DNA of 53,618 nucleotides from a virus (Duplodnaviria; Heunggongvirae; Uroviricota; Caudoviricetes): IMG/VR virus record IMGVR_UViG_2563366968_000008; one strand, 5' to 3'. Shown piece by piece: positions 28,059 to 37,695 of this stretch (position 1 is its first letter; each line of letters starts with the position of its first letter). The notes under the pieces were generated by a model. It saw only the letters and a program-made list of their open reading frames with translations, ran no database searches and was not told where the DNA came from. The position numbers and the translations under genes were made by a program.

Positions 28059-28133
28059 ATGGATGTTATCGAAGCCGTATTATTCGTATGTATCGCCGCG
28101 TTAATTATCGTTGGGGTGATTATCAATGTCTGA
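28059..28133 (+). CDS. Micro-ORF 6: 24-aa hydrophobic peptide MDVIEAVLFVCIAALIIVGVIINV
   Basis: ATG with AGGTGA SD. Confidence 0.4.
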   Translation: MDVIEAVLFVCIAALIIVGVIINV

Positions 28134-28194
28134 CCGTGAATTATTAATCATAGCTATAGGTTCGCTGTTAGCTGTTATTGTTTTCTTCTGGTGA
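28126..28194 (+). CDS. Micro-ORF 7: 22-aa hydrophobic peptide MSDRELLIIAIGSLLAVIVFFW
   Basis: ATG with GGGGTGA SD; overlaps ORF 6 3' end. Confidence 0.4.
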   Translation: MSDRELLIIAIGSLLAVIVFFW

Positions 28195-28202
28195 GAAATA
28201 TT

Positions 28203-28346
28203 ATGTTTGAATTTATCGATCTACTGATGTTCTTGCTTTGCGCTGGTGTGCTTATTATCGCGTTAATGTTATGCGCATACGTGATTGTAATGATTGGCGC
28301 GCTTATTTACAGAGAAGCAAAACAGAGATTTAAGGGTAAACAATGA
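28203..28346 (+). CDS. Micro-ORF 8: 47-aa hydrophobic peptide with basic C-terminus
   Basis: ATG with GGTGAG SD; long TM segment then REAKQRFKGKQ. Confidence 0.4.
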   Translation: MFEFIDLLMFLLCAGVLIIALMLCAYVIVMIGALIYREAKQRFKGKQ

Positions 28347-28426
28347 AAGAGCTATTCGACTGGTTGGAAGTATTAACATACTGCGCAAGTTTTGCGGCTT
28401 GCGTATATATCATCAATAAATATTGA
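28343..28426 (+). CDS. Micro-ORF 9: 27-aa peptide MKELFDWLEVLTYCASFAACVYIINKY
   Basis: ATGA overlap with ORF 8 stop; AAGGGT SD. Confidence 0.35.
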   Translation: MKELFDWLEVLTYCASFAACVYIINKY

Positions 28427-28437
28427 GGGGTGACGTG

Positions 28438-28581
28438 GTGAGCAATGAAGAACTAAAAATGGCTGATGAAATAAGAAAGGCACTTGACGCGGCAGAAAAT
28501 AATGAAACCGTCTACATTTCCGAACGGGAAGTGGAAAAGATGATGGATGAATTTAAATTAAAATTTGAAAAAGATAATTGA
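28438..28581 (+). CDS. Small hydrophilic acidic protein (47 aa, GTG start) ending the micro-ORF array
   Basis: GAGGGGTG SD 5 nt upstream of GTG; stop overlaps terminase small subunit ORF. Confidence 0.3.
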   Translation: MSNEELKMADEIRKALDAAENNETVYISEREVEKMMDEFKLKFEKDN

Positions 28582-28592
28582 GAGGTGAAATT

Positions 28593-29108
28593 ATGGCCCG
28601 CACGAAAAAGGCAAATGCTGACGATAAAAAGCCAGCCGCTAAAAAGGTGGGCCGTCCGCATGGTTATACCGAAGAAAAGGCGTTAGAAATCTGTGAACTG
28701 GTGGCGGACGGTCAGAGCGTTAACAAAATTTCGAAGATGCCTGGTATGCCTACCCGTTCAACAATCCTGAAATGGTTTAGAGACGTGCCGGAATTCTCGG
28801 ACATGTACATGCGCGCGAAGGAAATCGGCTTCGAGGTATTAGCTGATGAGATCCTCGATATAGCTGATGATGCTAAGAACGTTGATAAAGACCAACTACG
28901 CCGCCACCAACTGATGATTGAAACGCGCAAATGGTTACTGGCAAAACTGCAACCGCGCAAATATGGCGAACGCGTCACACAGGAGATCGTCGGTAACAAG
29001 GAAGAAGCACCCGTCCAGGTAGAAGTAAATCAGACTACTGTCCTTGAGATAATCGATAACCTGAATAAGGAGTACAATACTCATGGAGACTGCGACGACA
29101 AAGATTGA
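28593..29108 (+). CDS. Terminase small subunit
   Basis: HTH-containing N-terminus (ICELVADGQSVNKISKMPGMPTRSTILKW); immediately upstream of and overlapping large terminase. Confidence 0.65.
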   Translation: MARTKKANADDKKPAAKKVGRPHGYTEEKALEICELVADGQSVNKISKMPGMPTRSTILKWFRDVPEFSDMYMRAKEIGFEVLADEILDIADDAKNVDKDQLRRHQLMIETRKWLLAKLQPRKYGERVTQEIVGNKEEAPVQVEVNQTTVLEIIDNLNKEYNTHGDCDDKD

Positions 29109-30597
29109 CAGAGAGGTTCTAAGGGGGTTGTGTGTTAAAGGTTGTGCTCCCAAAGACATATCAGCACCTTTGTTTTTTAGTTCCTACTTTTATAAGCAAC
29201 AGGTTGGCAAGGACTTTTTGGTTGGGCGTCATCACAGAATAATTGCCGATACGCTACAACGAGTTATTAATGGTGAAATCACCAGGTTGATAATCAACAT
29301 CCCACCGGGCTATGGCAAAACAATGATTGCCACAATTCACATGATGGCCCGCTGCCTCGCAATAGAACCCCGCACCAGATTCCTGCATGTATCGTATTCA
29401 CACGGACTCGCCTTGCTTAATTCCTCAGAGACAAGAAACATAATCACGATGCCGCAATATCAGGAATTGTGGCCTATGCAAATGCGCAACGATTCGAACG
29501 CGAAAAACCTGTGGTGGACCACTCAGGGTGGCGGCGTGTATGCGACGTCATCGCTTGGACAGGTGACAGGGTTCCGCGCCGGGTACATGGAACCTGGGTT
29601 TAACGGCGCAATGATTATTGATGACCCCCTGAAACCAGCTGACGCTTATTCTGATGTGGTGCGAAAGCAGGTTAATACCAATTACAACGACACGCTTTCT
29701 TCGCGCCTGGCTGTGCAAACAACGCCAGTGATCGTCATCATGCAGCGTATCCACTACGATGATTTATCCGGCTACCTGTTACGTGGCGGTAGTGGTGAGA
29801 AATGGCATCACCTTTGCCTGCCAGTGAAGATCGACAACAGTCTTGACTATTGGGATCTGTACCCGGAAAACAAATTTGCTATTCCTGTTCCTCACAACCT
29901 GCCGGATGGCTGGCTATGGTTGCATAAGCATAGTGATAAAGATGAATCAACTCTTAAATCACATCGCCGAACATTCGAAGCTCAATATATGCAGTGTCCG
30001 CGCAAGTTCGATCAAGAGGGCGCATTGTGGACTGAAGCGATGATAACCGCCGCGCACATGATGCAGATAACGCAGGAGAAAATTCGCACGGTGATAGCCA
30101 TCGACCCGGCGACAACATCATCTGATGAGTCAGACGAAACAGGGATTGTAGCCTGTTCCGCTTATGGTGGTGGCAAGAATGCTCAGTATTCAGTAGACGG
30201 TGACTACTCAGGCCGCATGTCACCTAATGACTGGGCGCAAGCAGCAATGAACGCCTACAACATCCATGAAGCTGACGCGATGGTTATCGAAACCAACCAG
30301 GGTGGTGATATGGCAGAGGCCACACTACGCAATGCAGGATTTAAGGGCCGCATTGTTAAGGTGCACGCAAGCAAGGGTAAATTTGCCCGCGCCGAACCAA
30401 TATCTGCATTGTATGCACAGGGTAGGGTAGCCCACACTGGCAGCCTGTACACGCTGGAAAATCAAATGATGGAATATGTGCCAGCTACCGCTAAAAAATC
30501 CCCTGACCGTATGGATGCGATGGTATGGGGGATCACTGAATTAAGCCAACCACAGGCGATGGGTCTTATGTTACCTAAACGCCTGCGCGGATTTTAA
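29083..30597 (+). CDS. Terminase large subunit
   Basis: 504 aa; ATPase Walker A-like PPGYGKT, nuclease-like C-terminus. Confidence 0.85.
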   Translation: METATTKIDREVLRGLCVKGCAPKDISAPLFFSSYFYKQQVGKDFLVGRHHRIIADTLQRVINGEITRLIINIPPGYGKTMIATIHMMARCLAIEPRTRFLHVSYSHGLALLNSSETRNIITMPQYQELWPMQMRNDSNAKNLWWTTQGGGVYATSSLGQVTGFRAGYMEPGFNGAMIIDDPLKPADAYSDVVRKQVNTNYNDTLSSRLAVQTTPVIVIMQRIHYDDLSGYLLRGGSGEKWHHLCLPVKIDNSLDYWDLYPENKFAIPVPHNLPDGWLWLHKHSDKDESTLKSHRRTFEAQYMQCPRKFDQEGALWTEAMITAAHMMQITQEKIRTVIAIDPATTSSDESDETGIVACSAYGGGKNAQYSVDGDYSGRMSPNDWAQAAMNAYNIHEADAMVIETNQGGDMAEATLRNAGFKGRIVKVHASKGKFARAEPISALYAQGRVAHTGSLYTLENQMMEYVPATAKKSPDRMDAMVWGITELSQPQAMGLMLPKRLRGF

Positions 30598-30700
30598 GTT
30601 ATTGATTATTATCAACTTCGAAAAATTTTCGAAGATGAACAAGAATAATTCTCAATTGGCTACATAAAATCTGTCTCACAATCCCCCACAAGTTTTTCTA

Positions 30701-30723
30701 TTTTTCGCGTAGCAACGCGTAAA
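30701..30723 (+). promoter_or_regulatory. 23-bp motif TTTTTCGCGTAGCAACGCGTAAA upstream of portal gene
   Basis: Near-identical copy at 42598-42620 upstream of M gene; contains direct CGCGTA repeats. Confidence 0.4.
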
Positions 30724-30745
30724 CATGTATTCAGGAGTAAACATT

Positions 30746-32125
30746 ATGCCATCCAATTTAGAATTGGCGGTTAATGCTGCCTTGTCACAACGCCAGGCGG
30801 CCTTTGCCCGCTATGCAGCCGCTAACCCATTCTCAATGGGTATTGATGCAAAACGTGATGCTGCGTGGAGTGAATACGGATTCAAAGAAGAAATCACCTA
30901 TGCCGATTTATACAAACTGTATCGTCGCGGTGGTATCGCTCACGGTGCTATTGAGAAGATCATTACTACGTGCTGGCGCACCAGGCCAACGCTGATTGAA
31001 GGTACGGAAGACGAGAAAGCGGAAAAGGAAACTTCGTGGGAAAGAGAAATCAAAAAACGATTCGACAATAGATTCTGGCGCGTAATTGCTGAATGCGATC
31101 GCCGCCGCCTCATCGGTCGTTATGCTGGACTGTTAATTCACGTCAGGGATAACAAGCCGTGGGATCAGCCAGTAACAAAAGGCGTAGGCATTGCCAAATT
31201 TACCCCCGTATGGGCTGGTGCTCTTACACCGAAGGACTTCGAAGAAAACCCGGATAAAGAAAACTATGGCCTGCCTACATGGTGGGAATACAAGGAGCGC
31301 ATTAACAGTAAGACCATAGCAAGAAAGATACATCCAGATCGTATATTTATCTTCGGTGATTATTCTGATGATGCCATCGCTTTCCTTGAACCGTCCTATA
31401 ACGCATTCGTTTCACTGGAGAAAGTGGAAGGCGGCAGCGGTGAATCATTCCTGAAAAACGCCGCACGTCAACTGGCTATCTCATTCGACAAAGAGATTGA
31501 TTTCCGTTCCCTGGCTGCGACATACGGTTGCGACGTTACAGAGCTGCGCGAAAAATTCAATGAAGCGGCAGAGGATATAAACAAAGGGAATGATGTGATG
31601 ATGGCATTACAGGGAGCCACCGTTAGCCCGCTGGTCACTGCCGTAGCAGATCCGTCCGCAACCTATGACGTCAACCTGCAAACCGCCGCCGCTGGTATCG
31701 ACATTCCAACGCGTATCCTGGTTGGGAATCAGCAGGGCGAACGCGCATCAACTGAAGACCTCCGCTACTTCAATAATCGCTGTATGACCCGCCGTGAGGA
31801 AATAGGAGGCGAGCTTGAGGAACTATTCCGCAAGATGGCAGATCTCCGCCTTATCAGTATGCCAGTCGATGTATCAGTGTTATGGGATGACCTTAACGCC
31901 ATGACAAAAGCCGAACTACTGGAAGCGGCACACAAGATGGCGCAAATCAATCAGGCATGTCTCGCTACTGGTGAGGAAATATTTAGCGGCGATGAGATCC
32001 GCGAAGCTGCCGGATATGAAGGGCCAACGCAGGAAGTAGAAGTGGAAGACGAGGACGATAAAGATGAAGATGAAAGTAAAGAGAATAATCAAAAAGATTC
32101 CGCCGTCCGCGATAATGCCATCTAA
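30746..32125 (+). CDS. Portal protein candidate (ORF opens at 30725; ATG 30746 has AGGAG SD)
   Basis: About 460 aa following terminase; acidic C-terminus; position typical of portal. Confidence 0.6.
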   Translation: MPSNLELAVNAALSQRQAAFARYAAANPFSMGIDAKRDAAWSEYGFKEEITYADLYKLYRRGGIAHGAIEKIITTCWRTRPTLIEGTEDEKAEKETSWEREIKKRFDNRFWRVIAECDRRRLIGRYAGLLIHVRDNKPWDQPVTKGVGIAKFTPVWAGALTPKDFEENPDKENYGLPTWWEYKERINSKTIARKIHPDRIFIFGDYSDDAIAFLEPSYNAFVSLEKVEGGSGESFLKNAARQLAISFDKEIDFRSLAATYGCDVTELREKFNEAAEDINKGNDVMMALQGATVSPLVTAVADPSATYDVNLQTAAAGIDIPTRILVGNQQGERASTEDLRYFNNRCMTRREEIGGELEELFRKMADLRLISMPVDVSVLWDDLNAMTKAELLEAAHKMAQINQACLATGEEIFSGDEIREAAGYEGPTQEVEVEDEDDKDEDESKENNQKDSAVRDNAI

Positions 32126-33011
32126 CACCGAAGACCCGACCATGACAGGTAAGTTGCGGTCTGGAGCTATTAAGCGTTTTAAATCCTGCCTGAAGAAAAT
32201 AGCCGATCCATATATCGCCATACTGGACAAAATACAATATAGCCTGGCTGTTAATAAGAAATATACCTTCCAGATTTACATGGATGAATTGCACGACATG
32301 CTGGAGGACGCCAGCGACATGATTGATGAGATATTCGAGCTAACCGACCCGGAAAGTTTTTGGTTCTGGCAGGAATACGTGAAGGTCGCGTATCAGCGAG
32401 GCACGGCACAGGAATACGCCAACCTTACTAACCAGTCTGTCACGTACTCAAGCGTTTATCCCGATGTATCTGCCGTACTATCAAGCACAACCTACCGCAC
32501 GCGCCTTGCCCTGGTCCGTACCCGTGTATTTGAGGAAATGCGCGGGCTGACAGCACAGATCAAAAAGGATATGGCCCGCCGACTAACTGAAGGCATGGCC
32601 CGTGGTTTAAACCCACTGGAAATAGCGCGCACATTGAATCAGGAGACGCAATTACCGCTATACAGATGCAAACGTATTGCTCGAACTGAAATATGCACAG
32701 CGTTACGCACAGCGCGTATGGATGAGGCAGAAGCGGCGACAGAAGAATTTAATCTGCGCACTATGCAAATGCACATTTCGGCATTGTCACCGACTACCAG
32801 GCTATCGCACGCGCAGCGGCACGGGAAAACATACACCATAGATGAGCAGCGCGAATGGTGGAGTAGATCCCCTAATTCAATTAACTGCAAATGTAGCACG
32901 ATTACCGTATTAGTTGACGAAGACGGTAACATATTAAACGAAAGAATATTAGATCGGGCGCAAGAAAACTATAAAGTTGCGCACGCTAAATATGGCGAAG
33001 ATTGGGAGTAA
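32064..33011 (+). CDS. Head morphogenesis / minor capsid protein candidate (start uncertain)
   Basis: 315 aa ORF following portal; gene order. Confidence 0.4.
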   Translation: MKMKVKRIIKKIPPSAIMPSNTEDPTMTGKLRSGAIKRFKSCLKKIADPYIAILDKIQYSLAVNKKYTFQIYMDELHDMLEDASDMIDEIFELTDPESFWFWQEYVKVAYQRGTAQEYANLTNQSVTYSSVYPDVSAVLSSTTYRTRLALVRTRVFEEMRGLTAQIKKDMARRLTEGMARGLNPLEIARTLNQETQLPLYRCKRIARTEICTALRTARMDEAEAATEEFNLRTMQMHISALSPTTRLSHAQRHGKTYTIDEQREWWSRSPNSINCKCSTITVLVDEDGNILNERILDRAQENYKVAHAKYGEDWE

Positions 33012-33016
33012 AAACC

Positions 33017-34306
33017 GTGAGTAAAGAATTAATTCAGGTTAATACCAAATTAACCGCTAATACCATACGCCGGGAAACTTATAACGGACGCGAGCACATT
33101 GTTGTGCCATCATATACGCTGCCATTCAATATCGTTATGAATCGTGAGTATTACCCAGAAGCTGAAATTATCGCTAATTACCAGTCACTGGAGGGGACGC
33201 TTGCACCGTTAGGCCATCCTACCGTTGACGGTAAATTTGTTTCCGCATTTAGCCCGGAAGGATTGAACACGGGTTTTTGTGGAGCGTGGAACAGAAACGT
33301 TGAGTTACGCGGCAACCGTGTTTATGTGGAAAAATGGGTGGACGTGGAAACCGCCAGCCATTCAGAGCAGGGCCGGGAATTGTTAAGCCGACTGGAAGCG
33401 CTGGAGAAGGGAGAGAGCAAAGATCCTATCTGGTCGTCCGTCGCTGTATATCGCCAGCGTATGCCAGCCACCGAAGATATGAAAGCCCAGGGCGCTGACC
33501 ATGTAGTGAAAATCATGTCGATCGACCATGACGCTATTTTGCTGCATGAGCCTCCAGCCGCTTCACCGGAACAAGGTGTAGGCCTGATGGTTAATACTGA
33601 CCAGGCAAAACCGTTAATGTCGGTGGCGATGAAAGAAAACAGCTACAGAACACTTGAGAAACAATTAACAGACGCGGCGCGGGATTTATTCCCTGATGCT
33701 GATTATGTGTATGTGGTGGACTTCACTGATAAAGAGGTGACGATCGCCACTAATGCGGAAAGTGCTCAAGTTTGCGCATATGAAAAACAGGCTGATAAAA
33801 TTATTCTCAATAATGGCGAGCTTGCAACCAACGAGGAAAGTAAATCATGGTTTGCTCAGTTCGCTGAACACCTTTCTAATCTTTTCTCCCTGAATGAAAA
33901 AATTAAGGCCAATAAATCGGAGGACGATCCCATGCCTTTGACAAAAGAAGAACGCGCCGAACTGGTAAAAGAAATTAACGAAGGCTTAGCCGCCAATATC
34001 GCTAATGCAGTAGCAGAGGCATTAAAACCAGTACAGGCAAGCGTAGAAGAATTACAGACCAACCAAGAAGAATTACAGACCAACCAGAAAGCAATTAAAG
34101 AAGAAATTGCAGCAAACGCAAATAAAGAAGTAGCAGAAAAACGCGCCGCAGTAGCAAAAGTTCACGGCGAAATTGTTGCTAACGCATTAAGCGGTGAAGC
34201 ATTAGAGGCAATGTTTAAATCCCTGGGTAAAGCAACTCCGCTAGCCGCCAACACAGCAAGTGAAGACAAAAAAGGTGAAGTCCCTGACTTTAACACTTAT
34301 TTCTAA
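33017..34306 (+). CDS. Scaffold / prohead-associated protein candidate (GTG start)
   Basis: GGGAG SD before GTG 33017; coiled-coil-like repeats (EELQTNQEELQTNQ) in C-terminus; precedes capsid genes. Confidence 0.45.
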   Translation: MSKELIQVNTKLTANTIRRETYNGREHIVVPSYTLPFNIVMNREYYPEAEIIANYQSLEGTLAPLGHPTVDGKFVSAFSPEGLNTGFCGAWNRNVELRGNRVYVEKWVDVETASHSEQGRELLSRLEALEKGESKDPIWSSVAVYRQRMPATEDMKAQGADHVVKIMSIDHDAILLHEPPAASPEQGVGLMVNTDQAKPLMSVAMKENSYRTLEKQLTDAARDLFPDADYVYVVDFTDKEVTIATNAESAQVCAYEKQADKIILNNGELATNEESKSWFAQFAEHLSNLFSLNEKIKANKSEDDPMPLTKEERAELVKEINEGLAANIANAVAEALKPVQASVEELQTNQEELQTNQKAIKEEIAANANKEVAEKRAAVAKVHGEIVANALSGEALEAMFKSLGKATPLAANTASEDKKGEVPDFNTYF

Positions 34307-34320
34307 CTGGAGGGAATACA

Positions 34321-34749
34321 ATGTCTCGTTTTCGTCGTGTAAATATTGATGGTAAATCCATTACCGAAACCTACACTGCTAAGGTCGCAGTAAAACCAGG
34401 TGAACTGGTAAAACTGGACGGAGGTAAGTTTGCAAAAGCAACCAGTGCTGATGTCGGTGCAGCTCAGTTGTACATCGTCAACCCGGCATTCCACGAAGGC
34501 AAAACCATTACTGATGCAATCGCTGCAAATGAAACTGTTGTTGCTGATTATGTGGAACAGGGCCGAGAGTTTGCTCTCCTTGTTCCTGCAGCCGCTTATG
34601 TTAAGGGTGCAGCTATTGCTCTCGCAGCTGACGGGGTGAAACTGTTTGTTGCGCCAAGTGAACAGGCAGCGCCAGATCCGATCATCGCATACTGCCAGGA
34701 AGACGTAACCCTGGAAGCGGAAGATTTTATCCGCGTTCGCGTGGCTTAA
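34321..34749 (+). CDS. Virion structural protein (142 aa), possible head decoration
   Basis: GGAGGG SD; Ala/Val-rich; between scaffold and major capsid. Confidence 0.45.
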   Translation: MSRFRRVNIDGKSITETYTAKVAVKPGELVKLDGGKFAKATSADVGAAQLYIVNPAFHEGKTITDAIAANETVVADYVEQGREFALLVPAAAYVKGAAIALAADGVKLFVAPSEQAAPDPIIAYCQEDVTLEAEDFIRVRVA

Positions 34750-34766
34750 TTTAAAAGGGGAATAAC

Positions 34767-35831
34767 ATGTACTTTACTAAAGAAAACCTTGTCGCCAACT
34801 CCCGGATGCAGAGCCATTGGAAAGAACTGTGGGCGCAACGCAATATCTTCAACGAGCAGCACAACGCCATGATTGCAGCAAATCAGGCAAATATGACCGC
34901 TGAAATGTTGACCTGTAACGCCGTCGGCGGCTTCGCAAAAGAATTCTGGAAAGAAATCGATAACCAAATCATTGAACTGAACACCGAAGAGGTCGGTATC
35001 GAGATCGTAAACGACCTGATGGGTGTACAGACCGTATTACCAATCGGTAAAACGCTGAAAATGTACAACGTATCCGGCGACATTAACGATGAGGTCGTAA
35101 TGTCTATGGATGGTCAAGCGCCACACAGCTTTGATCACACCGAATACGGCAGCGATGGCGACCCGATCCCGATGTTCGCAGCGGGTTACGGTGTTAACTG
35201 GCGTTTAGCTCAGGGCTTAAATACTGTAGGTATCGACCTTGCATTAGACAGCCAGCGCCTTAAACTGAAAAAATTCAACAAAGCACGCGTCCAGTTCTAC
35301 CTGAATGGTAACGATCGCATCGTGGTTGATGATCATAAAGCAATGGGTATTAAAAACCACAAAAACACCCAGCAACTTAAACTGAAAACTGTTGCTAAAA
35401 TCGACCTTACCACTGCGGCTTTCGATAAGATTATTGAATTCTTTACCACTGGTGAGTTCGGGAAACTGGCCCGCGCCAACTTCGTAGCTAAATACGATGT
35501 AATGTGGGTATCGCCAGAAATCATGGCTAACCTGGCACGCCCACACATCGTTAATGGCGCAATTGTTGGTAGTGTGCTGGATGTTATCAAGCCGTTTGTC
35601 CCGGTTGGTGATATTCGCCAGACCTATGCGCTGACTGGCAACGAATTTATCGCTTATCAGCGTAGCCGCAGCGTCATCACCCCGCTGATTGGCATGACCA
35701 CTGGCGTAGTTCCGTTACCGCGCATGATGCCGACTGATAACTACAACTTCCGCATCATGTCCGCTGAGGGTCTGCAAATCACCCGTGACATGGAAGGTCG
35801 TTCAGGAGTGGTCTACGGCAGCAATACCTGA
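34767..35831 (+). CDS. Major capsid protein candidate
   Basis: 354 aa, strong SD, followed by strong intrinsic terminator as expected for a highly expressed capsid gene. Confidence 0.65.
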   Translation: MYFTKENLVANSRMQSHWKELWAQRNIFNEQHNAMIAANQANMTAEMLTCNAVGGFAKEFWKEIDNQIIELNTEEVGIEIVNDLMGVQTVLPIGKTLKMYNVSGDINDEVVMSMDGQAPHSFDHTEYGSDGDPIPMFAAGYGVNWRLAQGLNTVGIDLALDSQRLKLKKFNKARVQFYLNGNDRIVVDDHKAMGIKNHKNTQQLKLKTVAKIDLTTAAFDKIIEFFTTGEFGKLARANFVAKYDVMWVSPEIMANLARPHIVNGAIVGSVLDVIKPFVPVGDIRQTYALTGNEFIAYQRSRSVITPLIGMTTGVVPLPRMMPTDNYNFRIMSAEGLQITRDMEGRSGVVYGSNT

Positions 35832-35850
35832 TTGATATGTTTCTGTAGCT

Positions 35851-35878
35851 CCCCGGCGCAATGCCGGGGATTTTTTTT
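35851..35878 (+). terminator. Intrinsic terminator after major capsid gene
   Basis: CCCCGGC-GCAAT-GCCGGGG hairpin followed by TTTTTTTT. Confidence 0.7.
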
Positions 35879-35896
35879 GTATGTGGAGAAAACAAA

Positions 35897-36283
35897 ATGG
35901 TTACCACACAACAGGCGCGGGAATATCTCGAAAGCCAGGGGATTGAAATACCAGACGTGGTTTTATCTTTGCTGGTGGAGCAGGCAAATAGCGTTAATGA
36001 ATGCCTTGATGCCAATTATCCGTCCTCCACTGCAACATTGATTCAGCTTTATCTCATTGGCCTGTTAGGACTCAGCCAGGCTGATAAATACGTTTCCTCG
36101 CAGACTGGTCCGAACGGTGCAAGCCAGTCTTACCGCTATGTCGATTTTAATAAGCGATGGAAGGCGGCCTATTCGTTGCTTTACTCACTGGACAAACACC
36201 ATTGTACAGCCGAACTAATTCCACCAGATCCAGAAAACACCGCGCACGCCGGGCTGTGGATTGGTAAGAGCAGGAGGATGTGA
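35897..36283 (+). CDS. Head-tail connector / adaptor candidate
   Basis: ATG with GGAG SD; gene order. Confidence 0.4.
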   Translation: MVTTQQAREYLESQGIEIPDVVLSLLVEQANSVNECLDANYPSSTATLIQLYLIGLLGLSQADKYVSSQTGPNGASQSYRYVDFNKRWKAAYSLLYSLDKHHCTAELIPPDPENTAHAGLWIGKSRRM

Positions 36284-36285
36284 CA

Positions 36286-36471
36286 ATGTGGAACGACCTG
36301 ACATTACCAAATCCAGTATTGCCGAAACCATTTACCCGCGTGTGGGTTAAAACGGATAGCGGACGCCAGGTGGCGGCCTACCTCAATGATGCTGGCTTAT
36401 GGGTAATTCTTTGCCCGCGCGTGGCGAAAACTCATCCAAAGGTCATTAGCTGGAGTTACGGCTATGAGTAA
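36286..36471 (+). CDS. Hypothetical small virion-module protein
   Basis: ATG with AGGAGG SD. Confidence 0.4.
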   Translation: MWNDLTLPNPVLPKPFTRVWVKTDSGRQVAAYLNDAGLWVILCPRVAKTHPKVISWSYGYE

Positions 36472-36832
36472 GATTGCGCGATTCAGTTACAAGGCATTAG
36501 CCACCATCTACCCCGTAACGCATGACGACTGGACAAACGCCGACGTATACGGCGCACCATACCTGATTAACTGCGCATGGGAGCGCACCGACGGCACTGC
36601 AACAGACACAAACGGTAATGAGGTTAGCAATACAATAACCGTATTTACCGAACTGCTTCATAATATGCAGCCAGTGCAGCGCCCGAAAAACGGCTGGATG
36701 ATTGCCACTGGCGACACCACTAATATTTCCGACCCGCTGGTGGCTGGGGCCAACGTTATTACCGGGATCGTTGAATGGGATATGAGCATGTTTAACGACA
36801 CGCCGGATTATAAGATCGTGACAGGGGGTTAA
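36464..36832 (+). CDS. Head-tail joining protein candidate
   Basis: ATG overlapping upstream stop; gene order. Confidence 0.4.
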   Translation: MSKIARFSYKALATIYPVTHDDWTNADVYGAPYLINCAWERTDGTATDTNGNEVSNTITVFTELLHNMQPVQRPKNGWMIATGDTTNISDPLVAGANVITGIVEWDMSMFNDTPDYKIVTGG

Positions 36833-36834
36833 TC

Positions 36835-37299
36835 ATGCCTATCAAGGGGGTTAAACGCGTCCGTGAGAGATTAAAGCAGGAACTAAAGGAAATCACCGAT
36901 AAAAAGACGCACGAAGTTTTATGGCGCGTCGGTATGCTGGCTGGTGGCTTCGCGGCTAATATGACGCCAGTCGATACGGGCTTCTTAATTAACAGTCAGT
37001 TCCAGTACATAGGGAACACGGCGGACGGTATGCAATTACGCCTGGGATATACGGCCCGCTACGCTGAATGGGTGCACAATATGCCGGGTACATTAAAAGG
37101 CCAGCCGCGCGAAGATTTCGGCAAAACGAATAACCTTTCAGATTTCGGACCGAAACAGGTAATTAGTTTTGGTGGTGGTACTGGAAAGGGTAATTATTGG
37201 GATCCAAATGCGGAGCCTGGATTCTTGCGTAAGGCATTCGAAGATCCTAACCACGCCGATGATATTTATAAAGAAATTGTAGAAGGTTACAAAGTATGA
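36835..37299 (+). CDS. HK97 gp10-like tail completion / neck protein candidate
   Basis: TPVDTGFLINSQFQY segment resembles HK97 gp10 family. Confidence 0.5.
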   Translation: MPIKGVKRVRERLKQELKEITDKKTHEVLWRVGMLAGGFAANMTPVDTGFLINSQFQYIGNTADGMQLRLGYTARYAEWVHNMPGTLKGQPREDFGKTNNLSDFGPKQVISFGGGTGKGNYWDPNAEPGFLRKAFEDPNHADDIYKEIVEGYKV

Positions 37300-37682
37300 A
37301 ACGCAGCGAAGTTTACGACGAAATAAGGGATTGGATTCAATCCCACGGATACGATGAAGGCTATATTTTGCAGGCCCGTTTCTGGAATGAGCGAAGTAAT
37401 TCGAATAATGACAGATACATCGTGATCCAGCAAAACGGCGGCGCGGCTGGTGAGGAAGCAATAACCCGTGATTATTTCCGCATCCTGGTTATTTCAACGC
37501 GTAATGATGCAAATATCAGTGAGGTGGAAGACCTTGCCGATGCCATCCGTCAAAGTATGTTAACAGAATATAAAACTGATAAAATTACACACATGAAGCC
37601 AGTTGGCGCTATCCCTGCAATGCAGACAAGAGAAGGGCGCTTTATTTTTACCGTAGCTTTTCAATCCATCATATCCAGATAA
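37296..37682 (+). CDS. Tail terminator-like protein candidate
   Basis: ATGA overlap; gene order upstream of major tail protein. Confidence 0.4.
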   Translation: MKRSEVYDEIRDWIQSHGYDEGYILQARFWNERSNSNNDRYIVIQQNGGAAGEEAITRDYFRILVISTRNDANISEVEDLADAIRQSMLTEYKTDKITHMKPVGAIPAMQTREGRFIFTVAFQSIISR

Positions 37683-37695
37683 GAGGTAAACCAAT

